Source: Botryllus schlosseri
Taxonomy: Eukaryota
Assembly (NCBI GenBank): GCA_051294905.1
Contig: CM119371.1
Location: 10,976,001 to 11,040,000 of the forward strand
Reading direction: 5' to 3'
Length of the DNA stretch: 64,000 bases
Shown: one piece after another, positions 39,762-53,120 of the stretch
Position numbering within the stretch: position 1 is the stretch's first letter
Layout: each line of letters starts with the position of its first letter
Position numbers and translations under genes: made by a program
The notes under the pieces: model-generated
What the model saw: only the letters and a program-made list of their open reading frames with translations
The model's database searches: none
What the model was told of the DNA's origin: nothing

Positions 39762-39833
39762 CTTCATGTAACTCAGTTCCAGTGGATGATATCGTCCGCA
39801 TTGTCGACATTGTTCCTGTATGCTCATTAGTGT
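39762..39833 (-). CDS. Candidate Ser/Thr-rich stalk exon of the receptor
   Basis: gttacag|AC...GAAG|gtatgt; 72 nt, phase 1-1, open. Encodes DTNEHTGTMSTMRTISSTGTELHE. Confidence 0.55.
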
Positions 39834-42800
39834 CTGTAACTAATATTGATACGGTCAAAGTTGCGACTTATAAGTTCACATCATTTTCAAATCAAGTGAC
39901 TAATGACACACCTTGGATATTGGGTAGCATTAAATTCGGTATTACGACCAATAACCTCTAAATATCCACGAACTACTTTTGGAGTGTTCATTTCGGCCCT
40001 ATTTGGATATAGAAGAATTGTTGTAAATAATTGACTATTCGCCACTATATTCTGTTGTTGTTATTTAGAAGCATTATAACTGGGTGCATAAGGCCATTTC
40101 AGTAATACCAATGAGACAAGTTTATCTGAAATTTGGTACTGGTTAAGGTTTGACATGAGCAGAAGGATACCTACGGCTTCAAAGTCTACTTATATAAATA
40201 ATAAAAGAAATATTAATGCATGACTCTTCAACCGGGTGTCTCATACACCGTAGGGTGTACCATAATGTTTCAAGGGTGTACCACTCAGAGGGGGTGTACT
40301 GTGGTGCACCAGATCCTCCTTAAAGTGAACCAATAACTAGCTATGACAATAAATAGGAAAGTTCATGCTTTAGAACAGGCTGACCGGATGTGCAATGTCG
40401 TAAAATGTTCATATCAACGGGACGCAGCTTCCAAATTACATTCATTTTGTGATGTCATCAGAATATATGTCTCCTCGTTAATCAACCGTTGGTAATGGAA
40501 TTTTTGGGTCTTTTTGGAGTAAAACAGATTGGAGTTAACATGTGTCAGCTTGTGATGATCCAGTATGGAATTGGTGATTCATACACACCAAGGATTCTAT
40601 TAATTGTAGACAGGTGTGACACTGGGAACACCCTTCGCGTGGCATAGGCTACCAACTATACTGCTCTCAACGTACAGGGATTGTAGCCATGGGGATAACT
40701 GTATAATAATGCTTTTCCAGGAAACCTCCACGATGGCTCGGACATTTTAAATTGATACTTCCTGCCAGATGGTTTTAAATCGCGTAGTGTACATAATTGA
40801 AGAGGTATAGCCAGGGTGCTCGGACCTTGATGTCGAGATTGAGTACCGCTACGTTAGATGGGAACATCGGGAACATCGAGCCCTGATTAGCATTTAGCAT
40901 TTATTATACGTTGCAGTCTTGCTCATTCTTATTTCGATAAAGCCAGATGTGGCCGCTGGGCAGCCTGTAATTTTAAATACTGGGTTGTGGAGTCGGAAGT
41001 CCAGTTCCGACTCCCGAGTCTTTAAACGCACCGACTCCAACTCCTACTCCGAATCCGAATTTTCTTTACAGAACACCGATTCCGTCTCCAACTCCGACTC
41101 CAACAGCACTACAAATTCAGTTGGAAAATCATACGTCAACGTATGTTGGTTTAATGACATTCATATAACCTTTAAACATTTGCAAACATCACAATGAAAT
41201 GCAAAATTGTTTCATTGGGGCATAGCTAGAAATACTCTGTCTAATTAATATGGAAGCATTTATTTCGATATAGCCTTCCTTTTTCATATGTTATAAGTTT
41301 TTATAACATAGACAAGCCACGGATATTCTCTAATATGTATGAAACATTCACACATGATATATACCGAATCCCGTATAGATTGGAGATAGAACAATAGAAG
41401 TGTAGCTCTTGTTGTCTGCATGAGTCAGCAACTAATACATGTAAGTACATTGTACAAATGTACAAATATTCTCATCACAAACTATGCTGACGACAAGCAC
41501 AGACTCTCTCACTACTAAAAATATTTTTGATTTTGTCAAGTGGGAAGCAGCGTTTGGAGATATTTGCATAAATTTTACAAGTGACGTCGTCACTCACAAA
41601 ACCAAGCGATTTATTTGCTCTTTCACAGTATCACGGCATTATTCAAAAAATTGCTCCAAAATGTGATTGTATCAACTTTTTTGATTTTTCATGAAAGTTT
41701 TTTCAATTGTTTTGTCGATTTTTCATGCGACTAACTTTTTACTGGAAATATTTGGCACTGCATGTAAGTAAATCGCTTGATTATTTCACCGTCTTTTAAA
41801 TTTGAGGTAATTTCTGATATTCTCCATGGGTCAAGTTTTTCAGGCTATTGATTTTGTTGAAGTCGTCAACACTGAGTTTTGCTACTGTGCGTTGGATACG
41901 AATCGATTCGAGTATCTCACACCCTAATAATGTCAAATAACTTGTCCATAAATGCAACTTTTTAGTGCAATTTTTGTGAAAATGAATGCCACTTTTATCT
42001 GAAACCTTTCCTAAAATTGAGTGCAATTTCCACGGATATAACTGCAAGAAAAAAACTTGCCCAATTATTAGGCAACATTAGACACCCACTGCCCGAAATG
42101 ACTCAGTATGTGACGATAGCTAAATACAGCCTACTATCCTAAATATCACGAATTCACACTGTGCTCACTCATTTCGCGACAGTGGTGAAATGCAGCTTGT
42201 AATTGTTATGGCAGTGACCTTGGATCGACTATCCAATAATTATGCGACATCTCGGCCAAATCTAATTTCGGAAATTACTTACTTGAACACTTTTAATATA
42301 TTGATTTTGTACTTCAACTTCAAGTGGTTTGGACGTAACTTGGATCGATGATAATTTACCTGGTATGGACATTAGATGTAGAAAACACACCAGCAACTGC
42401 ATTATACAGGATCGATAATTACATTTATCGCTCCAGTACTGCTACAGCATATATTAGATAGCCGAGTACTGGTAGCTGGTATGATGCTGCAAATGCTATC
42501 ATCAAGGTCATTATGTGTCATAACGCTGCCATAACAGAAAATGTTCACTCACGGCATGATCGCTATTTAAGTTTGAATATCTTTGAAAACGAAGTTGAAG
42601 ATCGGATTGACTCGCTTTGATTCTACCGAGTTCTTGCATGGCATTCGATATCAATCAATCAAAAGAATAGATATTTTGCTTAACACACATATATTAGTGC
42701 TGTCATTCACAGATTTAAACAATATCTGCCTAATCACTATCTAAATATCTTACTTTCTGCTTCGACGATTATCTACTTCCTTATAAATCACGGTGTTGAG

Positions 42801-43247
42801 TACTCGGCTATATTGTTCTCGAAACGAATGTTTTAATTGGTTTTTCAGTGACCTCCTAAGACTAGTTTACGGACCGTCAAGAAGTTCATGGACTCCTGTT
42901 GAAATTTCTCAACCACTCAACTACCATACACAACGTATATCATCCACATAATTATTGAAGTGTGTATTTTCTACGGTAATTACTTTCAGATTATTTACGT
43001 AACTTCGCAGCGGATTTATAACTTGTTTTGATATGGCAGAAAACTTTTCAAGTAACAATCTACAGCTATATATCAAAGTATTAGCAACTGACAATTCACA
43101 ATGTACAATAAATATTCAGAAAAATTTATTGAAATGAAATATTAAAAGGCTTATCTCATATAATCAAGTAAAATCGTTGTCAATTATCTTTCCACCCATC
43201 AGTAGGCTATAAATAAATTGACGGTTATCGACGATATTTCAGGCTAC

Positions 43248-43426
43248 CTTTAGGAACACAGCTGTACGTGACGTTCCAAACTCTGTCTGGACCATTTTCG
43301 CAATCTTCGTAGAATTGATCCAGTAAATCGCAGGAGTTCTTTTTCTGACAGTCACTATCAACTTTGTCCACGAAATCCGCTGGAGAATCACAGTCTTCAT
43401 TCTTGTTTTCTTTATTCTTGCTGCAC
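43248..43426 (-). CDS. Extracellular Cys-rich exon resembling the C-terminal half of a SUEL/Gal_lectin domain
   Basis: tcttatag|G...AAAG|gtagcc; 179 nt, phase 2 to 1. Encodes CSKNKENKNEDCDSPADFVDKVDSDCQKKNSCDLLDQFYEDCENGPDRVWNVTYSCVPK, with the C..V...CxxKxSC...C...VxYxC spacing of SUEL domains. Confidence 0.7.
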
Positions 43427-43729
43427 CTATAAGAGTACATATTTAGATTTCTTGCGGTGTATATACGATTACCATACTCCGTACGTTGTTACGTGAGTAA
43501 TCTTGAAAAAAACTTTTTTTCCACATTTTAATTGATCTGTTTTTCTATTTTTACATTCAATACGTTCGATCCAGGTTTCCATGATTTAATTTCACCCAGT
43601 GATTGCTCAGCAGTAAAATCTGTACAGAACGTGAAAGTTGAACATTATTAAAAATTAAGGTTCAGTTTCGTGTGAACACTTGTATAAAAGGTTCGCTGCG
43701 AACTCGAACGTAACCACGAACATAGTGTC

Positions 43730-43870
43730 AGTTGCGGATTTTGAAAATTGAGTAGTTGTAGTTCTAGTAACGGATTTTGAAAATTGAATAGTTCTAGTTC
43801 TAGTTCTAGTTGCATATTTTAAAAATTCGGTAGTTCTAGTGCTCATTCTAGTTGCACATTTGAAAAAAAT
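43730..43870 (+). repeat. Short tandem array of about 36-45 bp units
   Basis: GTTGCGGATTTTGAAAATTGAGTAGTTGTAGTTCTA-like unit, about 4 copies. This explains the repetitive ORF 43655-44038. Confidence 0.75.
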
Positions 43871-46800
43871 AGGTTGCCGAACAACTAGAAAACACGTGTC
43901 GAAGGTTTGGGCGAATTGAGATGCCTGTGTTCTGTTGAGCGATGTTTGTGCAATGTACAGGCATTTCTCGCCCAGAGCCATCAGTGGTAACAGTGGTGTA
44001 TCCAGCGAGTGACATTTTGGGGTCGGAATTTCTCCCATTTCAAACCCGACACCCCATTCTTTTGAAATGTCGATTCAATGTCTGACATTCCCGATAAAAA
44101 AAATAACCTGTTTACTAGGAGAATGAAATCCAGCTCGGGACTGTTCTTAACTTTCAAAGACTTGGGAACCCCTACGTAACTTATAGGCAACTATTTTCCT
44201 GAGAATGACAGGCAGGAAATACTTTGGCGAGCTAAGTGTAAAGTTTGCCCTATAATCTGCGGTGTATTAGTTTAAATTAATTTATAACTTGAAAGTATGG
44301 AAATTACGTGGTCAACACAAGCTTCCGGGTGGATGTGTTACTATTAGGCAATTAGGAATTTAGAGATTACCATTAAAAGATGGTAAACAATAAACTTTAT
44401 TAACTCTTTTTAATCGCACCAACCCCTTGACACGGCCCTCTATCGCCCACCAAAATGCATGGGATTTTACAGCTTACTCACTATCCCTATCGGTGTGTTG
44501 GGTGGTGAAATCGTCATGTTATTTTGGTAATTTCGCTGGCAGGTTTTGTGAATTCGTCTTCTCGCAGCCTCAGCATATGACTGCATTCTTATGTCATAAT
44601 CTCGACTTAAACTAACCCATGTTACATCGACTTTAATTTGAATATAGATTACGCCAGGGATCGGCTACCCGTCGTACGCGTGCCAAAATTTGCACACAAG
44701 ATGGTTTTCATGCCACGCTAAATGATAGCAATTGCTTCGCTGCAATTAATTCAGAATCGGCATTTCAGAAGGACAGGGTTACGACTTCGTCCAACGGCAC
44801 GTACGCCACATCACACAACATACCACCATAACAAACATTCACCATTGGACAACTGATCGTGACTTATTGCGTGTAACCATTGACGGCATATACTAGTCTG
44901 TCATACAAATATCATGAATGTATGTGATATGTGCGTGCCGTTACATCCATGGAACCCTTGGGACTGACTTGAGGACCCCAGGGGGGCAGGAGCACTGGTT
45001 GAGAACAACCGGTATAGATGAATGTAATATACGTTGTTTTTACGGATGGGAATAGTCACTCTTTTCGCTAAGAATGTGGTTCTATCCCTTTAACTGCCCA
45101 GTGTCACATTTGCGGAATATGTGACAGTATGACGTCATCCGCGTAATACAAGGCCTGCAGTTAATTCGAGCGATACGAATAAGTTGTACCGGATACTGCA
45201 TAAGTGCTTTGAGTGATTAGGAAGGCAAATAAGAATATGATAGTCCTTCTAATTCTGCACGTTCTTCTGGGAGCTATTTACTGTGATGTGATATCACTGA
45301 TATGAACGATTTTGCTTTTTGGCATTGCGTACAATACCCACGCCAGAGACGTATCCAGGGGGCCAGAGGGGTCGTGCCCTTCAAAATTTGTTTCGTGATT
45401 TAACATAAGGTGGATAATTTTCAGGCAAATGTATTCAACTTCAAATTTTTCTTCGCCATCCTTGCGATATATAGTGACATTCGAATTTTTTAATTGCTGA
45501 ATATCCGCCTCTCGATAAATGAAAATGAAAGAATAGGCCTAAATAGAAATATGCATGATATACAGATTTGAATCTGACTGTATTAGTGTGTTCTGCCTAC
45601 CTATTAGGAACAATCTATCAACTGGAACAATGAAAATGGTGATTAAAATTGATTCAACCTATGTAATCCGTCGCTTTGACAACAATTTCGTCGGGGACTA
45701 GCAAAGTAAGATAAGCTTTGGCCAAAACTGACCCAAGCGTCAGGTACATTGACATTGATCAGAACGAATAAAACGGTTTTTACACTTGCTGCAGATATTA
45801 TACCTCAAGAACAATTTATGCAGCAACCATCACTCCAATAAGATTGATTTGGTTGGTTTTTATGACACAATAAACATATCAAATCACGATGGATCTCGTA
45901 CGTCTGCTAGACTTTTTATGTTTGGCAGCGAATTATTCTTTATATCAATTTTGTTGATGTCAATATTGTATCGATTGAGTACAAGCACACTTCGCTCAGT
46001 AGCTACGTCGCTTCTTTCTTTCCTAATGTTGTGCTATTGCGGACCACCGGAAAAAGTCACTAAACTGAATATTTCAATCAAAGTTTTCTTGCAAAGCAAA
46101 TATTTTTCAAATGAACAGGGCGCATGCTCATCTAGTGCTGAGTTTGTTTTCATGATACCAGAGCCACGCAGCTCGTGGTCTGAAACTGAAATAAAATGAA
46201 TTTCGACCACAGATGGTATAATAACGGGAAAATTTTATTTTGTAAAAAAGTTCACATTGTAGAGCTTACCAAGGTTCGTTTTCGAACGCGAACCTCGAAA
46301 TTTCCGAGGTTCGCACGCAGAACACAAACGTGAACTCAACGTTCGCACAATGTCTAGTATATATAACCATATTGCTGCGTGTCATGAATAGTGAATACGT
46401 GTAACAACTACGGCATTCTTGGTGGTATCGTACTTAATATATGCTGAATATGGCTACTTCAAACATGCTTCACTTCTCACTAAGATTAGAAATAGACTAC
46501 TAGCGTCATTGATACATTACAACATCTTCCATACCAGCGAAGCATAGCGATGTCGGAAAAATGTAGGCAATTAATTCTTAAGGCGTAGCTGCAACACCTG
46601 AACAATAACTCTAACTAATGCATCTTTTTTTTGCATCACAAGTTATAAGTTCACTCGCTTCAATCATTTACGGTTGAAATTGACCGCCACTTCCCGTGTG
46701 TCACAAACGCCTCACAGTAAATTGTTATCATGTCTTTTTGCGGCATTTGTCAGCGGCAATTACAAGCATTTCTCGTTACGCGGATCACTTCATATCTGGA

Positions 46801-48583
46801 ATACTCAAAAGGATATTTTAAAGATATTTTACAGTTTTTCGCGTTTGTGATGCGATCCATATATTGCTGGTAAGGCACAAGAAATTATTTCATAATATTG
46901 CACCTATTTTGATCTGAAGAGCTTCTTAGAGGTACAGAACTTCAATATACAATTGAATAGTATATTCATATTGAAAATAACCCGAATATTTTTGGCTGAC
47001 AGTCGTCAGGGGTAATCGTCAGCAACTAGTAGAGAATTGGAAAGAACATTGTATATCAACAATCGTATCACACACAAAGTATATTTTGAGAATAACGCGT
47101 TCTAAAACTACAACCGGTATAGCTTGCAAAAATAAGGATATCAACTTTAGCATGACATCAATAGCCACAGTCGTTGATAAGCATGAAACAGTGAACAATT
47201 TCTACCCCAATTTCATCATGTATAGCCACCAGGTAGGCACATAGTCACCTCGACTCTCGAACCATTATGATTTATCGCTTTTTAGCAGCGGAAAAGCATT
47301 GAGCAGCAGTCTTTTTTATCCTTTAAAATCAGCGATATTGTATGATTGCATTACCTGGAAACAGTCCACTGTGAAAAAATAACTCCGATTTACCGCGAAT
47401 TGTTTGAAAACACGGTAGCGTGACACTTCGCGATAACAAATCTTCTCGTCAGTAAATGGCAAATCAGCCTTCCGATAATCAAACTTTACGAGCAAAACTG
47501 TAATTTTACAGATTTCCCATCTCTGGTAGATTCAACTTACATTTCCCCGTACATTTGCGACCGAGACTGTAAATTATCCACTTACTGGGAAGGTCTGCAA
47601 GCTGTCTATGTATTTCATGATCACCCCTCTGCTTGTAAATTAATGGACGCCAGTATTATTTTTATTAGAAGGCATGAAACATCATCACAAAGATACAATA
47701 CCATTAAGCCTGAAAATGATACCAATCAATCACTCTGCTAAATGCTGTGTCCACCATTGCAAACTATAAGCTTTCCGATTGATCTCTATCCGTTCCGATT
47801 GTTTCTCTTCGTCCTTGTTCCTCAGCCAATGTAAGTATAGTACCTTGCAGTTCTACTAAAAAATAATTCACGCATTATTCGCTAACTTGTAAATGAAATT
47901 ATACAGACTAAGACAGGGGCGGACAACCCATGACCCACGGACCAAATGTGGCCCACGGAATGGTCTACTGTGGCCCGCGAGATAATCCTCGAATTTAGTT
48001 ATACCAGCAAGAAAATTTATTACCCAGGTAAAATTGCAAGGCCAACCAAAATTTGATTACCCCGACCGCGAAATTTGGAGTGTTGATGACTAAAATATCA
48101 GTTACGACGAATTGTCGTATAGCCAGGGGTCCGCCACATTTTTCGTAGATCTTCGTATATGACCATAAAGCAGAATATATTGTGGCAGATTCATTTGACT
48201 TGAAATTTTTCTTAGCTCTTCGCGCGATTTACTGCCACTCATAGCATTTGGTAGTGAAGCCCCCTCCTGAAAATTTAAATTACGCTTAATTTACAGAATT
48301 GAATCTAACCATTTGCAATTGGGAGAGAACGTGTTGTCTAACATACGATATCGCATCTACGCTCACGGTGAGATCGTCGTCGATGAAACCTTTGTACAAA
48401 ATGATAGACGCATGTTCGGCGAAATCTCCGATACTGAAATGTCTAAGCGGCAAATAATCATGTTATTGCCAAATGAGCCCAGTTGTATACAGATGCGACT
48501 CGTAATATATACAAGTAACAATATTATTCATCAAATTTATTCATTAACTGATAATAAATTCCGTGCTTCTCGAGGCCAGGACA

Positions 48584-49180
48584 TTATCATTATTATTATT
48601 ATTATTATTTGAATAGTGGCGCTTATGACCGATTAGGTCTTTTGCACCACGCACGAGATGATTAGCGTAAACAATATTTCACAGATATTTCGTATATGGC
48701 GTCATCGTGTGAATTCATGATAAGATTTGTCCGACTGTTTTTTTCTGGAAAACATGGTCGAAGACCGTTGGGATGAACGGGTGTAGGGGTGGACATGTGC
48801 AACGAGCGAGTTCAGACCTACCAGACTCATTCATTTCGAGACCAATCCCTTCTGCGTCAGGGCACATGAAGACGTAAAGTTTTGGCGAACAAACCGCCGA
48901 TGAAATGCGGTGCCAAAAACATAAGCGTCGACAAAACTTCGGTCTAAAAATGATGGTCAAACATTTCGAGATGGATTGGATATGCTCCGTTGTCGGCGCG
49001 GAATAATCCCCTTCTTGCAATATGAGTAGACAGTAGTACAGCTGCGATACGCAGAGGAATTGAATTCGCCCTAATTGGAAATCGCCTGCGTCAGACATGT
49101 TTTGTAGAGCTGTGTGGGGTAGAATTGTGGTGTGTGCGTTCTGTATGACATACATGCCCGAAAATCGTAGCATACAACTG
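48584..49180 (-). mobile_element. 5'-truncated non-LTR retrotransposon 3' end (I-clade-like)
   Basis: Minus-strand 3' stem-loop GGTGCAAAAGACCTAATCGGTCATAAGCGCC followed by an (AAT)n tail at 48584-48610; a possible C-terminal Zn-knuckle remnant lies upstream. 5' boundary is uncertain. Confidence 0.55.
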
Positions 49181-51594
49181 TAATATTAAAAATTACGAGA
49201 TGCCGCAATAACTCAAATGTTGGTGTTAGTCTAAAACCTGCTTTACCGTTATTAAACTGTAATGAATTCTTAAGTTAGATTGAGTCAAAGAGTAGAACAC
49301 ACAGTATCGGGAGTTATTTGTACTTCTCATAAACTTGCGAGACAGAAGTTGGGGCAACGTATCATCAGGTAGCGAGCTCTGAAGTGCCTACTCTCCTTGA
49401 TCGTTTTGCACCTTATGTTCCAAAGAAACGAAGCAAAAGCCTCAACACAAACATGTGGATTTTTCATCCTTTCGACAAACTGGAGCCTCGCGGGACCTTT
49501 GTGTCAGCTCTCAAATACGATTTTGCCAGCAAGCATTTTTCACTCGCGAAAAATACGCTGTATTTTGGACAGTAGTGCAGAACAGATTTCAAGACCTGGC
49601 CATCCAAGCACTAGTAGACGTTTTTGTACAAATTCCCAACACCATTGTTTGGCCGACAAGGGTTTTAGTGAAATAATTGAAAGCAAAACGAGCGAAAAAG
49701 TTGCCCTTTCAACGAGACACTTGATAGCTTAAGCTACATAGCAGCCAATTTGTTTCACATTTGAATAAAATGTTGTTAAGTAGGCCTGTCTGTTCTTTTT
49801 GTATAACAATTTTCGATTAGTTTGTGCGAATGAAATTTATTTCACAAACAAAGTGCGAACAGAGCTCAAAAAGGTTGAAAAGCACTGCTCTACTACTTCC
49901 CCGTGTTGCTCTTCGACTAAACAACAGGCCTTATAGTATGGAGGAGTGCGTCATATCATGATATTTTTTAAAACGTGCTGTTCGAGTAAACAGAGGATTA
50001 GTATCGCACTTCCATATCAATGCTATCATTTTCATCCCATGATGCGGACGAATGCTTATGCTGTCGACCATTGGATACCTCCTGGCATGCATCACTTTGA
50101 ATTAAGCTCGGCCCCTTTCGCACAGCGCAATAATTTGCACCTTTTGACAATTCATGCGAACGAAGTACTATCGTTTTCACAACTATTTACTTACTTCAGT
50201 AGATTTGAAGTCAGTCAATTCTACTTCTACTTCAAGTAGTTTTAGGTTGCTTGCGGAAGAATTGCTTCTACTCGTACTTGAGTAGATTTTCTCGTCTCTA
50301 CTCCTACTTCTACTTGAGTAGCATTCTTGACTACTTTGACCACCTCTGATTTAAACCGAATTTCATATTTTTCAATTCTCTCATCAACAGTTATAACTTT
50401 CCATGTCATCAAACAAACTGTTGAGGTTGCAAGCATCCGATCGCATTTTGTAATATGACGATAAGGGGGCGGGGAAATTTTCACTGTCATGAAGGGGGGC
50501 GTGTCTAAAAAAGGTTGGGAACCACTGTCCTAGACGATTTCGGAATCAGTGATATTCACCCGCTTCACTTATGCCAAAATTCGTTTTTAAGGACCACCCT
50601 AATATACATTATGGCTGCAAGGATTTGAAAGCAAATCAATGTTGCTAGTAGCCCAGTAACTGGATTAGCGAATAACTTTCAGAATAAATTCTGGTAAATA
50701 AACTTTACAGCTATATTAAAGTAATATTACATCCCAAATTGATTGTATGCTGTGACCTGTTCTAATGGAGATATCTCACAATCCCTTGTCCGCGTTGATG
50801 CATTATATTGACACCGTATCACATATCTATCCAAACCTTCCGAAGTAGTCGCATCGAAGTTACTAGTAACAAGTCCCGTGTCGACACTATAATCCTTATC
50901 GGCTTCTTCGCATATGTGGCACTACTGGTCATGGCGGTTCTCGAGTTCTTAGTCGTGTCTACAGCCATTACAGAAAAAAATCTGGTGCAATGACTCGTAT
51001 TGAAAAGTTAACTGATAACGTGTAGTCTTATTAAGCGGAATAATTTGTTATGATGATTGACAATAATGTCTTCTACGACGGTCGGTAGGAATTCGAGTGA
51101 TTTCTCCTCACGCGTAGTGAGAATGAATCAGGCAAATACATTTTATATTATATACCATTATATTTCTGATATTATATTATATACCATTATATTTCTGATA
51201 TTATATTATATACCATTATATTTCTTCCTCGGTTTCGAAGAAGGCACCGGTGTCATTGGCTCCACTAACAGTGCATTGCAGAACAGTGCAGCCCTATATA
51301 ATCTTGAAATAGCTGCGTTCACTATTTATTAGGAATATTAAAGCCTAAAAATGCTCAAATAAAGATAAAATTGGGGATAACATTTTTCTCCTTTTTAAAT
51401 CATATCATCTTCTATTCATTTAAGTATTGATGCATGTGTAGGTGAGAGGTGCTAGTCGACTATATTATGGCCTTGGCAACATGCGCGTAAACTCAAAACT
51501 ACTCGTCTCAATGGGACATCAAAACAAAGTTTACCAATATTTGCTTGATAAATTCAAAAGTAAAGGTATTATTGAAATGTGCAACTTATGAAAT

Positions 51595-52575
51595 GTGTTT
51601 GTTTGTTCCTGATATTCATGGTGTTTTGTAAACATTGGTCATTTTACACTAGGCCTGTATTCTATATTTTTGATTCCGTATCTACCAACTTGTAGCACAG
51701 CCCACTTCAAGGCTTTTTATACGACATCCCTTACGCGGATCCCCTCGCCAAGACGAGCACGTATACACTTCCAACATTCAAGTGGGAATTCTGGAGTCGA
51801 CCTCGGTCCGAATCGAACCCGTAACCCATTGGTGTTGCAGCCAGGACCGTAACTGCCGCACCCCAAACCCCCCAGTTAAGGGGTCCCGATATCGAAGGGG
51901 GCCCTAAATTATTTCGTGAATTAGCATAAATTATAGAGTATATTTTGCAAATTTTGGCAGTTTTTCAAAAAAATTTCGCGCCGTGCGTGACTTCAAGCTG
52001 CCAAAAATCTTGGTTATTGGGTACTCTTCCCCCAACAAAAAACACGCAACATTTATAGAAATGGGACTATCGGCGTTGGCCATTACCGTGCCACGACACA
52101 CCATGACATAAAGTATTAGGCCATGTAACATGCGACTCCAAGAAGTGTGCAAGAACCAACAGACTGGAGGTCACGAAATAACATCATGTAACGAAGTCAT
52201 ACCAACTGGCCCTCCCGCCCGAAGATGATTAATTATTATTCACGGACCCTACAGTTTCCAATACACCTCACTCAGCACTGCTGGTAAATCTGATTACGTG
52301 AGCAGAGAGGAAAAGAAACTGAAAGCAATATATATGCAATTCCCGATCTTATTGACCGATTTTATCATGAGTCATCGAAAATTTTCGCGCTTGCTGACTA
52401 AATAGTACTAATAATTTTGTGGCAAAAGCGAACAACTTGCCGGGGGGCCGGTTTATCACCCTATGGGCGGCCCAAGACCAACGTTTTTTTGAGGGGCTGG
52501 GGGGGAGGGGCTGACGAGGTGCTGCTACAGCCCTGGTTGCAGCTGTGAATCATACCACTACGCTATCTCGTCACT
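51595..52575 (-). mobile_element. tRNA-derived SINE (paralog of 28075-29146) split by a different hAT MITE
   Basis: Same head, body and AAAC tail as the copy-1 SINE; interrupted at 51842-52535. Confidence 0.8.
51842..52535. mobile_element. hAT MITE
   Basis: CAGGACCGTAAC...GCTACAGCCCTG; 8-bp TSD GTTGCAGC at 51834-51841 and 52536-52543. A related copy lies at 53448-54272. Confidence 0.85.
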
Positions 52576-53120
52576 AATGAAATGTTCGCAGTGCAGACCA
52601 AATAACAAAACGTTTGATGATTTTCCGTAACATAAAATCCAGATTAAGATTATGTTATGACTGTTACGAGGATAAGCCCGTATTCTCGTGTATCACCTCT
52701 AACTAGCTGTTTGTCGCATTGAAGCTGATAGTCGAATATTTTATGCCGGCACTTGTCCTTATCAAATTGTCTTGCAATTTGGCGTTGCTTGATACGAAAG
52801 TTGTGGAATTATTCGCCGTGTGTGCAATCGGGCCGGGTGTTGGTGATCGCTGATGTGGACGTTATATATCGTATAATTGGAATTTGCCTTTCACACATCA
52901 AACTGGATGTTTTAGAACAGTGGTTCTCAACCGGGGGTTCACGGACCCCTGGGGGGCCGTGAAGCATTTTCAGGGGGTTCGCGAAGCCTCAAAGTAGTTG
53001 ATAACCTCATTTGTATTTTTTAAATTCCGAAAATTAAGAGACGGTTTCGCTTCATAAAGTAGAACACCTGGGCTCAAATCAACAGAATGGCCGTCTGAGA
53101 TGAAGTATCCCACTGTGCAT

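Noticed and set aside
39912..42560. Further receptor exons near 39912-40125, 40600-40761 and 42360-42560
   Set aside because: Splice-like signals are present, but in-frame stops or incompatible phases mean they cannot be supported without transcripts.
45786..46199. 137-aa ORF with paralogous ORFs at 3832-4246 as a host gene
   Set aside because: It lies inside a hAT-family derivative, the frame is broken in the paralog, and no domain is recognisable.
48715..49173. 152-aa minus-strand ORF as a gene
   Set aside because: It lies in an apparent truncated LINE 3' end and has no coherent domain.
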